Shown: positions 11,455 through 23,916 of the stretch, piece by piece
Layout of the letters: each line of letters starts with the position of its first letter
Numbering within the stretch: the stretch's first letter is position 1
Assembly (NCBI RefSeq): GCF_004010195.1
Contig: NC_057749.1
Coordinates: 23,728,999 to 23,792,998, forward strand
Direction: 5' to 3'
From: Chiloscyllium plagiosum
Taxonomy: Eukaryota
Length of the DNA: 64,000 nt
Program-made: the position numbers and the translations under genes
Notes under the pieces: model-generated
Seen by the model: the letters and a program-made list of their open reading frames with translations, nothing else
Database searches by the model: none
Told to the model about the DNA's origin: nothing

Positions 11455-11880
11455 TCTACCACTGGGGGTGCGAGCTCAACCACGACATTCCTTTTAAAGA
11501 CCGCGAGGATCTGCCAGTTTCCCTCAGGATGTTGCCTATCTTTACCAGGAGCTGACCAATGTCTGTGCCCTCAGTGTACTTCCCCCTGGCACAGAGGAGG
11601 CTCCTGGATGTGTCGTGGAGAGTTCGCTACATGGGAGCCCTCACCCTTTCCATCAAGTATCCGGGGTGGAGGGTGCTGCACGTGTTGTAGGTGAAGTCAG
11701 TTCACGGATCCCCAGTCCCAACTGTTTATTTCGCAGTGCTGTGAAGTCTGTGTAGCATGAGAGATTGAAAGCCCTTCTTAGTAATTTGAAAAATCTTTGT
11801 ATTCCTTTGGGCTGCATTTCAGGCCTGTGCTGCTGATCTTTGGGCACCTGGTGTGGAGGGGTATGGGCACGTGAAAGGAC
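11455..11880 (+). mobile_element. Degraded Tx1/L1-clade ORF2 C-terminal fragment
   Basis: Remnant peptides WRVRYMGAL, GWRVLHVL, SQFTDPQSQ and LHFRPVLLIFGHLV resemble the Tx1 ORF2 Cys-rich region (WRVLH..HFSPTLLIFGHPV). Recognised from memory of the family, not from an alignment. Confidence 0.6.
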
Positions 11881-11905
11881 CCCCTTGTCGGTTTGCTCTA
11901 GGCCT

Positions 11906-12243
11906 GGCCATGTGGCTCAGTGGTTAGCACTGCTGCCTCACAGCGCAAGGGACCCAGGTTTGATTCCAGTCTTGGGTGACTGTCTGTGTGGAGTTTGCAT
12001 GTTCTCCCAGTGTCTGCGTGGGTTTCCTCTGGGTGCTCCGGTTTCCTCCCACAGTCCAAAGAAGTACAGGTTAGGTGGATTGGCCATGCTAAATTGCCCA
12101 TAGTGTTCAGGGATGTGTAGATTAGGGACATTAGACAGGGGAAATGTAGAGTAACAGGGCAGGGATACAGGTCTGGGTGAGAGGGTTGGTGTGGGCTTGT
12201 TGGACAGAATGGCCTGTTTCCACACTATAGTGATGCTATGATT
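11906..12243 (+). mobile_element. HE1-type V-SINE
   Basis: Pol III A box tggctcagtgg, B-box-like ggtttgattcc, V domain ctgtgtggagtttgcatgttctccc, CR1-like tail. Confidence 0.92.
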
Positions 12244-12321
12244 CAAAGTGCCCATCAGCAGGTCTGGACATGGAGAGTTCATAGTTCCTGACTATCTGTA
12301 CCCCTTCTTAATTTTACCGAG

Positions 12322-12522
12322 TTAAAAATCACATGACACCAGGTTATAGTCCAACAGGTTTAATTGGAAGCTCACTAGCTTTCAGAGCACCGCTCCTTCA
12401 TTAGGATGAAGGAGCAGCGCTCCGAAAGTTAGTGCTTCCAATTAAACCTGTTGGACTATAACCTGGTGTTGTGTGATTTTTAACTTTGTACACCCCAGTC
12501 CAACACCAGCACCTCTAAATCA
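12322..12522. mobile_element. Palindromic PLE mini-element (caggttatagtcc family)
   Basis: About 80 bp inverted arms centred at ~12403. 13 bp TSD taattttaccgag at 12309-12321 and 12523-12535. Confidence 0.88.
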
Positions 12523-12535
12523 TAATTTTACCGAG

Positions 12536-12890
12536 GTACTGTGAAAAGTTTTGTTTTGCGTGCAGTACCATAAGGTGCATCAGGGTAATGGTACAGAGTG
12601 AGGAATTAAATGTTATATCTGCAGACAAGGTGCGCAGAGAGCGGCATCAACATTCAATTTAAAATGTGAGAGATCCATTCAGAAGTCTACTAACGGTGGG
12701 GAAGAAGCTGTTCTTGACTCTCTTGATGCGTGTGTTTAGGCCTATGTATCTCCTGCCTGACGGAAAAAGTTGAAAGGGGTTATAACCAGGGTGGGAGGGG
12801 TCCTTGATGATGATCGCAGCCTCCCTGAGGCAGCAGGAAGTGTAGATGGAAGGTTGGCTTGTGTGATGGACTGGGGCTGTGTGCACAATT
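12536..12890 (-). mobile_element. Rex1/Babar LINE 3' fragment
   Basis: SIYTSCCLREAAIIIKDPSHPGYNPFQLFPSGRRYIGLNTRIKRVKNSFFPTVSRLLN, the Rex1 C-terminal DPSHP..LPSGRR..SFFP motif. Confidence 0.85.
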
Positions 12891-13146
12891 CCCTTCTGCA
12901 GCTACCTTCAGGGCAAGGTGTCCTTATGAAAAAACACTACGTGTCCCTCAACTTTCCCAACGTATTTAGAGAGAGGTGGGTCTTTCCCCACACATTTTAT
13001 TTTTCCACTGCCCCCGATGGACTGCTGTTGTAAATGTCCTGCCTCATGAGCTACATGTGACATTTGGTGGCAGAGAAAACTTTCCAAAGGGGCATGGAAA
13101 CATCTCTGGATTGTAAATAAAGCTATCTGGTTGAGCAAGGATTCTG

Positions 13147-13257
13147 TGGTGTGGTGGCAGTGTCCTTACCTCTGGGCTAGGAGGGCCTGGGTTCAAGTCC
13201 CACCTGCTCCAGAGGTGTGTTATAACTTCTACAAACAGGTTGATTAGAAAATATCTG
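13147..13257 (+). mobile_element. Short tRNA-derived SINE (~110 bp); relatives at ~9470-9530, 14045-14135, 53870-54215 and 62600-62735
   Basis: A box tggtgtggtgg, B box ggttcaagtcc, tail acaggttgattagaaaatatct shared between copies. Confidence 0.7.
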
Positions 13258-13261
13258 CAGT

Positions 13262-13985
13262 CGTATTCATCATCAGCAGCACTCCCATAGAGATGGGAGT
13301 GACTCTCTCCCACTCTCGGGGTGAGTCTGTGGGTGGCTGTACAGCCCGATGCAGCTACCCCAGGCTCTGTTACGCTGGGGGCAGGTGGTGGTCACAGGAA
13401 GGGGGTAGGTGGGGCATTGGTGTGGCAGCGTGCCCCTTATGCTGATCCCCCCGGAATCCGCTTTTTCCCGATGGGGAGTGTCGAGGAGCTCGACACCTTC
13501 CCGGATGCCTCTCCCCAACTTTGGGACGGTATGGGGCCAGTGATTCCCAGGTGCCTGTGGGAATGCTGCACTTCCACAGTGAGGCCTTGAGGGTATCCCT
13601 GAGGCCCTTCCTCTGTCCCACCTGGGGCTGGCCTGCTGTTCCGGAGCTGGGAGGAGAGCACCTGCTCGGGGAGCCTCGTGTCGGTCATGGGGACGACGTG
13701 CCCAGCCCATCGCAGCCGATCGAGGGAGGGGTCAGTGCCTCGATGCTGGGGACTTTGGCCTGGTCGAGGACTCTGGTGTTGGTGCGTCCCAGTGGATTGG
13801 CAGGATCTTGCTCAGGCAGCGTTGGTGGGACTGCTCCAGCATCTTGAGGTCCCTGCTGTAGACAGTCCACGTCTCAGAGCCATACAGGAGGCTGGGAACC
13901 ACCACAGATCTGTATACATTCAGCTTGGTGTCGGATCTGATGTTGTTGTCCTCAAACATTCTTTTCCCTGGGATTTTGTGGGACA
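13262..13985 (-). mobile_element. RTE-clade LINE 3' fragment
   Basis: DTKLNVYRSVVVPSLLYGSETWTVYSRDLKMLEQSHQRCL and MTDTRLPEQVLSSQL. (TGA)n tail at ~13265. Confidence 0.9.
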
Positions 13986-14209
13986 ACGATAGTGTCCCTC
14001 CCTCTTGTGGATTAAAAATATCTACCTTTATTTCAGAGGAATGGGCTCCTTACCTCTGGCCAGGAGGCTTGGTTCAAGTCCCATCTACTCCAGAGATTTT
14101 TATAACATCTCTGAACAGGTTGATTAAAAACTATCTGTCTTGATTAAGGCAAAAGCCTTGTTTCCATAAACAAATAGTTGCTTTCCTCCATTACATCTGA
14201 CCAAACAAG

Positions 14210-14418
14210 ATCTCTTTCCACAGAGAGTGGTAAGGGCATGGAATGCCCGACCTGTTAATGTAGTTAACTCAGCCACATTAGGGAGATTTAAACAATCCTT
14301 AGATAAGCATATGGATGACGTAGGGGGACGAGCTGAGAATAGTTCACAGGTCGGTGCAACATCGAGGGCCGAAGTGCCTGTTCTGCTCTGTATTGTTTTA
14401 TGTTCTATGTGCTATGTT
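14210..14418 (+). mobile_element. CR1 LINE 3' end
   Basis: QRVVRAWNARPVNVVNSATLGRFKQSLDKHMD followed by a (ttctatg)-type tail. Confidence 0.85.
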
Positions 14419-14454
14419 CTGGAGATGCTAACTTAAATGAGGATGGTGCCAAAG

Positions 14455-15085
14455 TGTGTGGCAGCACAGTGATTTAGCATATTGGCTCATAGTGCCAGGG
14501 ATCCAGGTTCGATTCCAGCCTCGGGCGACTGTCTGTGTTGAGTTTGCACGTTCTCCCCGTGTGGGTGGCACGGTGACAGTGGGTGGCATAGTGGTTAGCA
14601 CTGCAGCCTCACAGTGCCAGAGACCCAGGTTCAATTCCCGCCTCAGGCGACTGACTGTGTGGAGTTTGCACATTCCCCCCGTGTCTGCGTGGGTTTCCTC
14701 CGGGTGCTCCGGTTTCCTCCCACAGTCCAAAGATGTGCAGGTTAGGTGAATTGGCCAAGCTAAATTTCCCATAGTATTAGGTGAAGTGGTAAATGTAGGG
14801 GAATGGGTCTGGGTGGGTTGCACTTTGGCGGGTCAGTGTGGACTTGTTGGGCGGAAGGGCCTGTTTCCACACTGTAAGTGAGTAATCTAATCTATTATAA
14901 TCTGTGTGGGTTTCCTCTGGGTGCTCTGGTTTCCTCCCACAGTCCAAAGGTGTGCAGGTCATGGATTAGCCATGGCAAATGTGGAGTTACAGAGGTAGGG
15001 TGTGGGTCTGGGTGAGATGCTCTTTGGAGGATCAGTGTGGTCGAAATGGGCTGAATGGCCTGCTTCCACACTAGGGATTCTATGA
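14455..15085 (+). mobile_element. Nested HE1-type SINEs: a younger copy (~14562-14895) inside an older one
   Basis: The outer SINE breaks at ttctccccgtg (14561) and resumes at tctgtgtgggtttcc (14901). The inner copy has a duplicated head (gtgggtggca twice) and a taatc tail. Confidence 0.85.
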
Positions 15086-16419
15086 AATCAGCCTTACGCT
15101 CACCTAGTTTCCAACTCGCTCATAGAACAGGAGTTTCTGGACAGAGATTTGGTTTGTTAAACCGGAACTTCTAACAGCTGAGAGGAAAGATAATTCCAAA
15201 GATGATTGGAAATAGAGCATCAATATCACTGTATATAATCCCTACACACAGCTGGACAGTGCAAAAATCACTCAATATCTTTGTGTTGGTTGCCTCTTGT
15301 TTGATCACAGCTGACTGAAGAATAAAACTGAAAGAGCATCTTGACAAAGGAATGTTCCTCAAAAACAATTACATTAAATGCTGCAACAGGCGCTTCAATA
15401 TCAATCATTGCATGTTTCACTAAGAACTTCATTGTTAAAAAAGGTAAAAACAGTGACGACATTTCAAAGACATTTGGATAGGTGCACGAATAAGAAAAGT
15501 TTGGAGGGATATGGGCCAAGTGCAGGCAGGTGGGACTAGCTTAGTTTGGGATTATGGTCGGCATGGACTGGTTGGGCCGAAGGGTCTGTTTCCATGCTGT
15601 ATGACTCTAGTTTCCAAAAAAAGGTGAGTGCAATACGTCCCCGTGAGTGTTTTGACTGCATCACGAGATTCCTGAGAAACCGTTAAAATGCAGCTTCCCC
15701 CCCTTCATGGGTTTTGCGAATTTGGAACCCAAAGTCCATTGAAATTCCCGCAGCACTGCAGTGTTTGCTGCTAACCTGACCCTCCACTATCACATTTCCG
15801 TGCACTACAACTATCCAGCGACTGAACTGTTCCCACAAAGAATGTGATCCCTGGATAATTTGCTGCCAAGTGCGCGATGATTCTGACTCATGCTGACATT
15901 TTATTGCAATTTCCGATAACAGAGAAAACCTTTGAGGCCATCTGATTCAATAAATGAGGAACTTGCAGTGCTGAACTCTGTCAGGGTGTTTATCCAACCA
16001 AATATTGGTGTTGGTTGCTTATTAATCTGCAGTAGTTTAATGGATTATAACCAGGCAATAAATGATAAAATGACAATGATAGTATTGTAGCCTGAAACAG
16101 CAAAGTGTACAGAACTTTCCAATGGCCAGACGTTACTGTCTAAGGTTCAGTACAGACTGTTCACAATCTCAGGATCCTGTCTGACCCTCAGCTGAGCTTC
16201 TGACCCTGATATCGGCTCCCACACCAAGATTCTCCATTTCCATCTCATTAGTTTTCCCGTCTTGTCTCAGCTCATACATCACTGAAGTTCACATCTGGAT
16301 ATTTGTCCCCTCTGTTCCCTCAGTCACTTTCATCCCATAACTAATAATGCAAACTCACACCATTCAGACTTGCTCATTAACCCTGCCCTCTGGGATTAAT
16401 ACCGTTCTCCCAATGCTGC

Positions 16420-17165
16420 AATCTCCTTCCCTATCTCTAACTTCCTTTAGCAACCTCTCATTGAATCCCTACAGTGTGGAAGCAGGCCATTCGATCCGTT
16501 GAGTTCACATCGACCCCCAGAAAAGTATCCCACCTAGCGTCATCCCCCTACTCTATCTGTGTAACCCTGCATTTCACATGACTAATCCACCTAACCTGCA
16601 CAGCCCTGGACACTATGGGGTAATTTAGCCTGGCCAGTCCACCCTAACCTGCACATCTTTGGACTGTGGGAGAAAACTGGAGCACTCAAAGGAAACCCAT
16701 GCTGACACGGAGAATGTGCAAACTCCGCACAGTCACCCAGGGATGGAATTGAACCCAGATCTCTGGTGCTGTGAGGCAACAGTGCTAATCACTGAGTCAC
16801 CATATCCTCTCTATCTTTTTAAACTTCCCTGTCTCTGCAACCTCCTCCCTACCTTTAAAACCTCCTTCAGACAACTCCCTGTCTTTGTAACCTTCTCTAA
16901 CTCCCTCCCTTCTCTGTAACTTCCTCTGGTCCCTCAATCTCTGTGATCCCCTGCAGACCCATCCCAATACCTTGGCCGTCAGCCCTCCCCATTTCAGTAA
17001 CTTCCCCCAACTCACCCCTTATCTTTTTAACCTTCTCTAGCCCCTTCCCAACTCCTTAGTCTTCTGCTCCCCCGTGCCCCAAGATCTCTGTAGCTTCCTG
17101 TAACCAAACTCCGCCATTTTTGTAATTACTTCCACCCCCCTTCCTCCCTCTGTAACCCTTCCAGC
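16420..17165. repeat. Degenerate C/T-rich minisatellite (ctctgtaacc.tc..), interrupted by a SINE
   Basis: Recurrent ctctg(t/c)aac(c/t)t units at roughly 25-30 bp spacing on both sides of the 16463-16802 SINE. Confidence 0.6.
16463..16802 (-). mobile_element. HE1-type V-SINE
   Basis: Full head, V domain and tail in reverse complement (gaatccctacagtgtggaagc .. cagtgctaatcactgag). Confidence 0.92.
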
Positions 17166-17721
17166 CTTTACCTGTTTGAGTACAGTCTCTCATGCACACT
17201 CCCTTCCCTTTGCTTTTTGATCTGTAGTTGCACTAACAGTTGCCTTGACCCCTAGCTCTGAAATTCCCTCCATTCCCCTTGTTCTCCCCCACCTCCTTCG
17301 AGACCTCTCCCAAAGCCCACCATTTTTGGTCAAGCAATAACATTGTTGCATGCAGGAATACAACGTGATCAACATCTACTGTAGGAGAACAACAACTAGG
17401 AATTTATAAAAGGTCCCAATTACTTGGACATGTTAAAGCCTTCTACCTTCACTGAGAGATGTTATTCGATCTGAATGGACTGGTCTACATGCCAGGTATG
17501 AACATGCAGGATGTCCTAGGGGTGTTTCTGGAGCCACTTGCATGTCAAAGGAGCACTCAACCAGCATCCTCAGGTCTGCAGTTGGGTTGGAAAAGGGCCT
17601 GGCAGGAAGCAGAGGCTAGTTGAATGCAAACCAGAGTGGTGGGCCGATGGAATTCCCTGCCGCAGTTCAGGCCAAAACATTGAATATTTTCAAGAAGGCG
17701 TTAGATATAGCTCTAACGGGC

Positions 17722-18060
17722 TGGTACGGTGGCTCAGTGGTTAGCACTGCTGCCTCACAGTACTATGGACCTTGGTTTGATTCCCACCTCAGGCAACTGT
17801 CTGTGCGGAGTTTGCACATTCTTCCTGTGTTTGCGTGGGTTTCCACCGAGTGCTCTGGTTTCCACCCACAATCCAAAAATGTGCAGGTTAGGGTGGATTG
17901 GCCATGCTAAATTGCCCATTGTGTTCAGGGATGTGTAGATTAGATGCATTAGTCAGGGGTAAATATAGGGGAATGGGTCTGGGTGGATTACTCTTTGGAA
18001 GGTCCATGTGGACTGGTTAGGCCGAAGAGCCTGTTTCCATGATATAGGGATTCTACGACT
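17722..18060 (+). mobile_element. HE1-type V-SINE inserted in an old CR1 3' end (~17650-18185)
   Basis: ggtacggtggctcagtggttagcactgctgcctcacag head. The flanks translate as AKTLNIFKKALDIAL and continue into a CR1 3' UTR. Confidence 0.9.
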
Positions 18061-18578
18061 CTTAGGGATTGAGGGAGAAAGTGGGAACAGAGGACTGAGT
18101 TGGATGATCAGCCATGATCATATTGACTGGTGGAACAGACTCAAAGGGCCGAATGGCCTACTCCTGTTCCTATTTTCTACATTTCAACGGAGTGGTGCAA
18201 GGTGGAATGAATCTAGTTTGCCTCAATCCAGTTCTCAGTGGCTGCAGATCAAGTGCAGAAAGCAGTCCCTCAATCAACTAACACAGGGACAGAAACATTG
18301 ATCACCAGAAGAGTACTGGTAAAATTCCACATTGATACAATAAGAAGTTTTATTCATATCCAATGGGGGAGCAGACTCGAAGGGTCGAATGGTCTACTCC
18401 CGCTCCTATTTTCTCTTGCTTCGATGCAACCGGTTTCCTCTGCAGTTACTGCCCCTATCCCCTAGGGGGAGGTCTGAAATGAAACTCAGAGACACATGGC
18501 ATCACTGGGGCCCTTCACAGACTGGATTAGTGATGCTGGAAGAGCACAGCAGTTCAGGCAGCATCCAAGGAGCAGTAA

Positions 18579-18614
18579 AATCGACGTTTCGGGCAAAAGC
18601 CCTTCATCAGGAAT
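18579..18614 (-). ncRNA. Minimal hammerhead ribozyme motif, intact core
   Basis: Minus strand ATTC-CTGATGA-A-GGGC tttt GCCC-GAAAC-GTC-GATT. Confidence 0.75.
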
Positions 18615-18644
18615 AAAGGCAGAGAGCCTGAAGGGTGGAGAGAT

Positions 18645-19202
18645 NNNNNNNNNNNNNNNNNNNNNNNNNNNNNNNNNNNNNNNNNNNNNNNNNNNNNNNN
18701 NNNNNNNNNNNNNNNNNNNNNNNNNNNNNNNNNNNNNNNNNNNNNNNNNNNNNNNNNNNNNNNNNNNNNNNNNNNNNNNNNNNNNNNNNNNNNNNNNNNN
18801 NNNNNNNNNNNNNNNNNNNNNNNNNNNNNNNNNNNNNNNNNNNNNNNNNNNNNNNNNNNNNNNNNNNNNNNNNNNNNNNNNNNNNNNNNNNNNNNNNNNN
18901 NNNNNNNNNNNNNNNNNNNNNNNNNNNNNNNNNNNNNNNNNNNNNNNNNNNNNNNNNNNNNNNNNNNNNNNNNNNNNNNNNNNNNNNNNNNNNNNNNNNN
19001 NNNNNNNNNNNNNNNNNNNNNNNNNNNNNNNNNNNNNNNNNNNNNNNNNNNNNNNNNNNNNNNNNNNNNNNNNNNNNNNNNNNNNNNNNNNNNNNNNNNN
19101 NNNNNNNNNNNNNNNNNNNNNNNNNNNNNNNNNNNNNNNNNNNNNNNNNNNNNNNNNNNNNNNNNNNNNNNNNNNNNNNNNNNNNNNNNNNNNNNNNNNN
19201 NN
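18645..19202. other. Assembly gap (N run)
   Basis: Continuous N bases. Confidence 1.
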
Positions 19203-19637
19203 AGGGGTGGGGTCTGAGGGCGGAGGTGCGGGATGTGGACGAGATGCGTTGGAAGGCATCTTTAACCACGTGGGAAGGGAAATTGCAGTCTCTAAAGAAG
19301 GAGCCATCTGGTGTGTTCTGTGGTGGAACTGGTCCTCCTGGGAGCAGATACGGCGGAGGCGGAGGAATTGGGAACACGGGATGAAGGGTGATAGGTCGGG
19401 GCTGGGGAGAGGTTGGAGTGGATAGGTGGAAAAGAAGATAGACAGGTAGGACAAGTCATGGGGACAGCGCTGAGCACCACTAATCCAGAATCTGGTTTCC
19501 AGCATCTGCAGTCATTGTTTTTACCCTTCACAGACTGGCTAACCCATACAAAAACCTAGATTATCCTTGTCGCAAAAAAGGCTGACTGCCACAGCGATCA
19601 CCATGGCAACGTGGAGCTTGGCTTTCCGCAGAGCTCC

Positions 19638-19927
19638 TAGAATCCCTACAGTGCAGAAAGAGGCCATTCATCCCATCAAGTCTGCATCAACCTTGTGAAG
19701 AGCATCCCACCCACACTTAACCTGCATCATCACAGGGCAATATTTTAGCATGGCCAATCCACCCTAACCTGCACGTCTTTGGACTGTGGGAGGAAGCTGG
19801 AGCACCCAGAGGAAACCCACGCAGACACAGGGAGACCGTGCAAACTCCACACAGTCATTCACTTGAGGCTGGAATTGAACCCGGGTCCCTGGCGCTGTGA
19901 GGTAGCAGTGCTGACCACTGAGCCACT
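19638..19927 (-). mobile_element. HE1-type V-SINE
   Basis: Reverse-complement head, V domain and tail. Confidence 0.9.
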
Positions 19928-19960
19928 CCTGCCCCTATCACTGCACTACTCACACACTAG

Positions 19961-20165
19961 GTACAAAGTTAAAAATCACACAACAGCAGGTTATAGTCCA
20001 ACAGGTTTAATTGGAAGCACTAGCTTTCGGAGCACTGCTCCTTCATTAGGTGATGCGACACTCCGAAAGCTAGTGCTTCCAATCAAACCTGTCGGACTAT
20101 AACCTGGTGTTGTGTGATTTTTAGCTTTGTATACCCCAGTTCAACACCGGCATCTCCAAATCATG
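19961..20165. mobile_element. Palindromic PLE mini-element (caggttatagtcc family)
   Basis: Inverted arms gtacaaagttaaaaatcacac..cactagctttcggag and ctccgaaagctagtg..gtgtgatttttagctttgtat. Confidence 0.88.
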
Positions 20166-20834
20166 ACACACAAGGTCGAATCTCTTTTATGTTATTAAGA
20201 CAACTAGAGAATTCACAGCCAATAAAATGCCAAGCAGTTCACAAAACAGCCAATTTGCGCATAGCAAACTGGCACAAACAACCAAAAACAGATGCCTGAT
20301 GCCAGCGATGGACAACACCAGCAAAGGAGGGTGGACTGGATGGAAACATCCAGGAAAGGCATTACAGTCAAGAGAGGCACTGCTGTGTCAATACTGACTA
20401 CTACCTGCCAAGATCTCATAAGAAATACCAGGCACGTTGCAGCATGTCCCGGGAAATGGGTGCCGAGGGAGGACAGATTGTTCTTTGGGATGCAAAGCCA
20501 CGTGGATTTGGTGGGACTCCACACTGAGGGTCGTCCAGGTCACAGGGAACTGCAACCTCTACACCAGGCGTAGCCTCCAGAACGCAACAAGCAACACAGG
20601 TGATATCTCAGGCTGGCACACATAGGCACACAGGAGAGGTGCCACATGCCTCATTTTGTCGTGCCAGTATTTTTTTATCCACTTCCCTAAGGATGAGGCG
20701 AGTCAGGCTGACTGTGTGATCCACCCCAAAGAGAACTTCACACACCTGCCTCCAAACAGAGTACAATTCCCCACTTTGACATTGATTGCTGTCTCCACCA
20801 ACAGGCAGCCTCAATCCAATGCTCAGGACCCAGA

Positions 20835-21092
20835 ATCCCAACAGCAAAATGAGACCATTCAACCCATCATGTCTGCTTCTCCTCCCTGGTGCTAACCTCC
20901 CACCTTTTCCCCATATCCCTGCACGCCGTTTCCATCCAAATAACCAGACAGTGCCCCGCTTGAATGCCTCAATTGAATCTGCTTCCACCACATTTCCAGG
21001 CAATGCATTCCATACCCTAACGTCTCACTGTGCGAAAGGCTTTTCTTCCCACATCGCCCTCGCTTCATATCGCGCGTTGCTTTAAATCTCAC
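20835..21092 (-). mobile_element. CR1 LINE 3' end
   Basis: Peptide PGNVVEADSIEAFKRG and CR1-type 3' UTR. Confidence 0.75.
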
Positions 21093-21266
21093 TTAAGGCC
21101 CCACCCTTGATAGTGCCAATCCTGCACTGAGGACGATTCACCATCCTTCAGTCCCTGACCCATTCCCTGACCCATTTTCCTGAGCTCTGCTGGTTTGGAA
21201 AGGCCTAATAAGCTAAACATTAAAGGAGAGGCAGTCAAGATAAAACCATTTTGGGCCCTCTAAGAA

Positions 21267-21468
21267 AGGCACTGCTTGTCACAGGCCACTCGGGTGTTTC
21301 CTATCTTCCTGGTGGTGGAAACTGAATAATGATTTGTGCACCTTGTCTCTCTCACTGTGTCTCACACCCGCACACACACAACATGGGTGCTGGGGATAAT
21401 ATAAGCACTACCGCAGTCAGGCAGTGGTGTGGGGTAATAAATAAGAAATAAACACGAGTATAATAAAA
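21267..21468 (+). repeat. Dispersed repeat, probably a retrotransposon 3' end; second copy at ~41315-41432
   Basis: ggcactgcttgtc.c.ggccactcgggtgtttcct.tcttcctggtggtg.aaactgaataa is shared by both loci. This copy ends in an A-rich tail. Confidence 0.7.
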
Positions 21469-22286
21469 ACAGGACTGTCAGACCTCCTGAAGGAAAAAAT
21501 GCAGGAGTGTCGGAGGTTCTGAAAAAGAAACAGAAACACCTTGCTCACTGACAGCTGTCTCTGAGGAAGCTGGGTCAGTGTGAGTGAAGGACTCTGCTCT
21601 TTCTTTGTATTAAAAAAAACATTTTGGCAAACCTGTATTTCTGCCTTCAAGTTATTCCCCAATCAAGGGGAAAATTGGCAGAAAAATGAGAAAGAGATGG
21701 CCATTCAATGTCACATGCATCCAGCCTGAAGCTGCGATGTATCACCTCCTGCAAGATGCAATTCTAAACATTCAAATGACTTGCTCAGAGATCTGTGATC
21801 ATTGAAATCCATGAGGCCACAGGTCTGCCACGAGGCTAGGGTCATGGAGATGTATAGCACAGAAACAGACCCTTCAGTCCAACTCATCCATGCCGACCAG
21901 ATATTCGATGCTACTTGAGCCCCACTTGGCCCCTATCCCTGAGGCTAGCTACATTTTTAAGAAATGCCACCTCTGTTGAAAGCACATTGAAGAATGTTTA
22001 CATTTAGGTCATATTTAGCGATAATACATTGTTGAGATAAATATTCCCTCCCTCCGTGAGCAGTGCCTTGAAGTGCCAATTAATAACTAAATTTTATCAG
22101 TTGAGAATCTCATTGAATTAACATTTTCATGACTGTGGCTAGTTCCATCAATCTTGAACTGTCTATATTTGATGGAATGCATTGCTGCTGTGTTCAGGCA
22201 CCATATTGCTAGGTCATATGTACTTGATAACCCTTCTGTGCTGGTCTTTAGTTACTGTGGAGATAGTTTTACTGTTTAATTCTGAG

Positions 22287-23916
22287 TTGAGAGTGCAGTG
22301 CTGGAAAAGCACAGCAGATCAGGCAGCATCCGAGGACCAGGAGAATCGAGTGTCGGGCATAAGCCCTTCATCAGGAATGAGGCTTGTGGGCCTGGGTCTG
22401 AGATAAATGGGAGGGAGTGGGGTTTGGGGCAAGGTAGCTGAGAAAGTGATAGGTGGATGAAGGTGAGGGAGATGGTGATAGGTCAGAGGGGGGATGTGAT
22501 GGACAGGTCTGGAAGGCGGTGCCGAGTTGGAGGCTTGTGACTGGGATAATGTGAGGAGAGGGGAAATGAGGAAGTTGTTGAAATCCACATGTATCTCATG
22601 TGGTCATTCTGGGAACTTAGACTACACCTCCTCCCATCCTACCTCCTGTAAACCTGCCTCCCCTTCCTGGACCTCTCCATCACTGTCTCTGGCGACTGAC
22701 TAACCACAGACATATACTACAAGCCGACTGACTCCCACAGCTCCCTCGACTACACCTCCTCCCACCCTACCTCTTGTAAAAACACCATCCCTTATTGCCA
22801 ATTCCTCTGCCTCCGCTGCATCTGTTGCCAGGATGACCAATTCCACCTCAGGAAGTCCCAGATGGCCTCCTTCTTCCATGATCGCAACTTCCCTTCCCCC
22901 ATGGTTAACGTTGCCCTCCAGTGCATCTCCTCTACTTCACGTGCCACCGCCCTTGAACCGCACCCCTCCCAATGCATCAAGGACAGAACACCCCTGGTTC
23001 TCACCTTCCACCCGACCCACCTCTGCATACATCGCATCATCCTCCACCACTTCTGCCACCTCCAAACGGGTCCCACCACCAGAGGTATATTTTCCTCCCC
23101 ACCCCATCAGCAATCTGAAAAGACCACTCTCTCCGCGACTCCCTCGTCAAGTCCACACCCCACTCCAGGCCACACTGCACTCCCGGCACATTTCCCTGCC
23201 ACCACAGGAAGTGCAAAACCTGCACCCACACCACTCCCCTCACCTCCGTCCAATGCCCCAAGGGATTTTTCCACATCTATCAGAAATTTACCTGTACCTC
23301 TATCAATGTCATCTACTGCATCTGTTACACCCGGTGTAGTCTCCTCGACATCAGGACGCCTTCTTGCGGATCATTTCAGAGAACATCTCTGGGACAGCCG
23401 CATCCACCAATCCCACCGCCCCGTGGCTGAACACTTCAACTCTCCTTCCCACTCTGTCAAGGACATGCAGGTCCTGGGCCTCCTCCACCCCCAAACTGTT
23501 ACCAACCGACACCTGGAGGAGGAACGCCTCAATTCCACCTTGGGATCCTGCAACCACACGGGATAAATGTGGATTTCAACAGCTTTCTCATTTCCCCTCT
23601 CCCCACATTATCCCAGTCCCAAGCCTCCAACTCGGCACCGCCTTCCAGACCTGTCCATCACTCCCCCGACCCGACCTATCACCGTCTCCCTCATCTACAT
23701 CCACCTATCGCTTTCTCAGCTCCCTTCCCCCAAAACCGCACCCAACCCTCCCATTTATCTCTCTACCCCCTCGGCTCACAATCGTCATTCCTGATGAAGG
23801 TCTAATGGCCAAAACATCGATTCTCCTGTTCCTCGTATGCTGCCTAACCTGCTGTGTTTATCCAGCACTACACTCTCGACTCTGATCTCCAGCATCTGCA
23901 GTCCTCACTTTTTCCT
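22287..23916 (+). mobile_element. Neptune-clade PLE: RT C-terminus, Cys linker, GIY-YIG and 3' repeat, preceded by an inverted terminal repeat (22287-22605)
   Basis: LPFLDLSI..DIYYKPTDSHSSLDYTSSHPTSCKNTIPYCQFLCLRCIC, linker GTFPCHHRKCKTC, NVIYCI, HRPVAEHFNSPSHS..LEEERL. Stops and frameshifts are present. 22287-22605 is the reverse complement of ~23550-23885. Confidence 0.93.

Larger units (their letters stand above)
18526..19523. mobile_element. Neptune-type PLE spanning an assembly gap, with inverted terminus
   Basis: Peptide SQFLRLRRICSQEDQFHHRTHQMA on the minus strand. 15 bp TSD cccttcacagactgg at 18511-18525 and 19524-19538. Confidence 0.88.

Noticed and set aside
11906..11975. tRNA gene-like sequences at SINE heads
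   Set aside because: Each continues into the V-SINE body and tail, so they are SINE heads rather than tRNA genes.
18486..19505. Long ORFs of 249-339 aa
   Set aside because: They are open only because they run through the N gap. The flanks are PLE sequence.
19597..19610. RFX X-box-like ATCACCATGGCAAC
   Set aside because: A single imperfect motif between two TEs with no other promoter evidence.
22615..23570. Active or domesticated PLE RT/GIY-YIG gene
   Set aside because: 5'-truncated, with an in-frame stop, several frameshifts and a mutated YIG motif.
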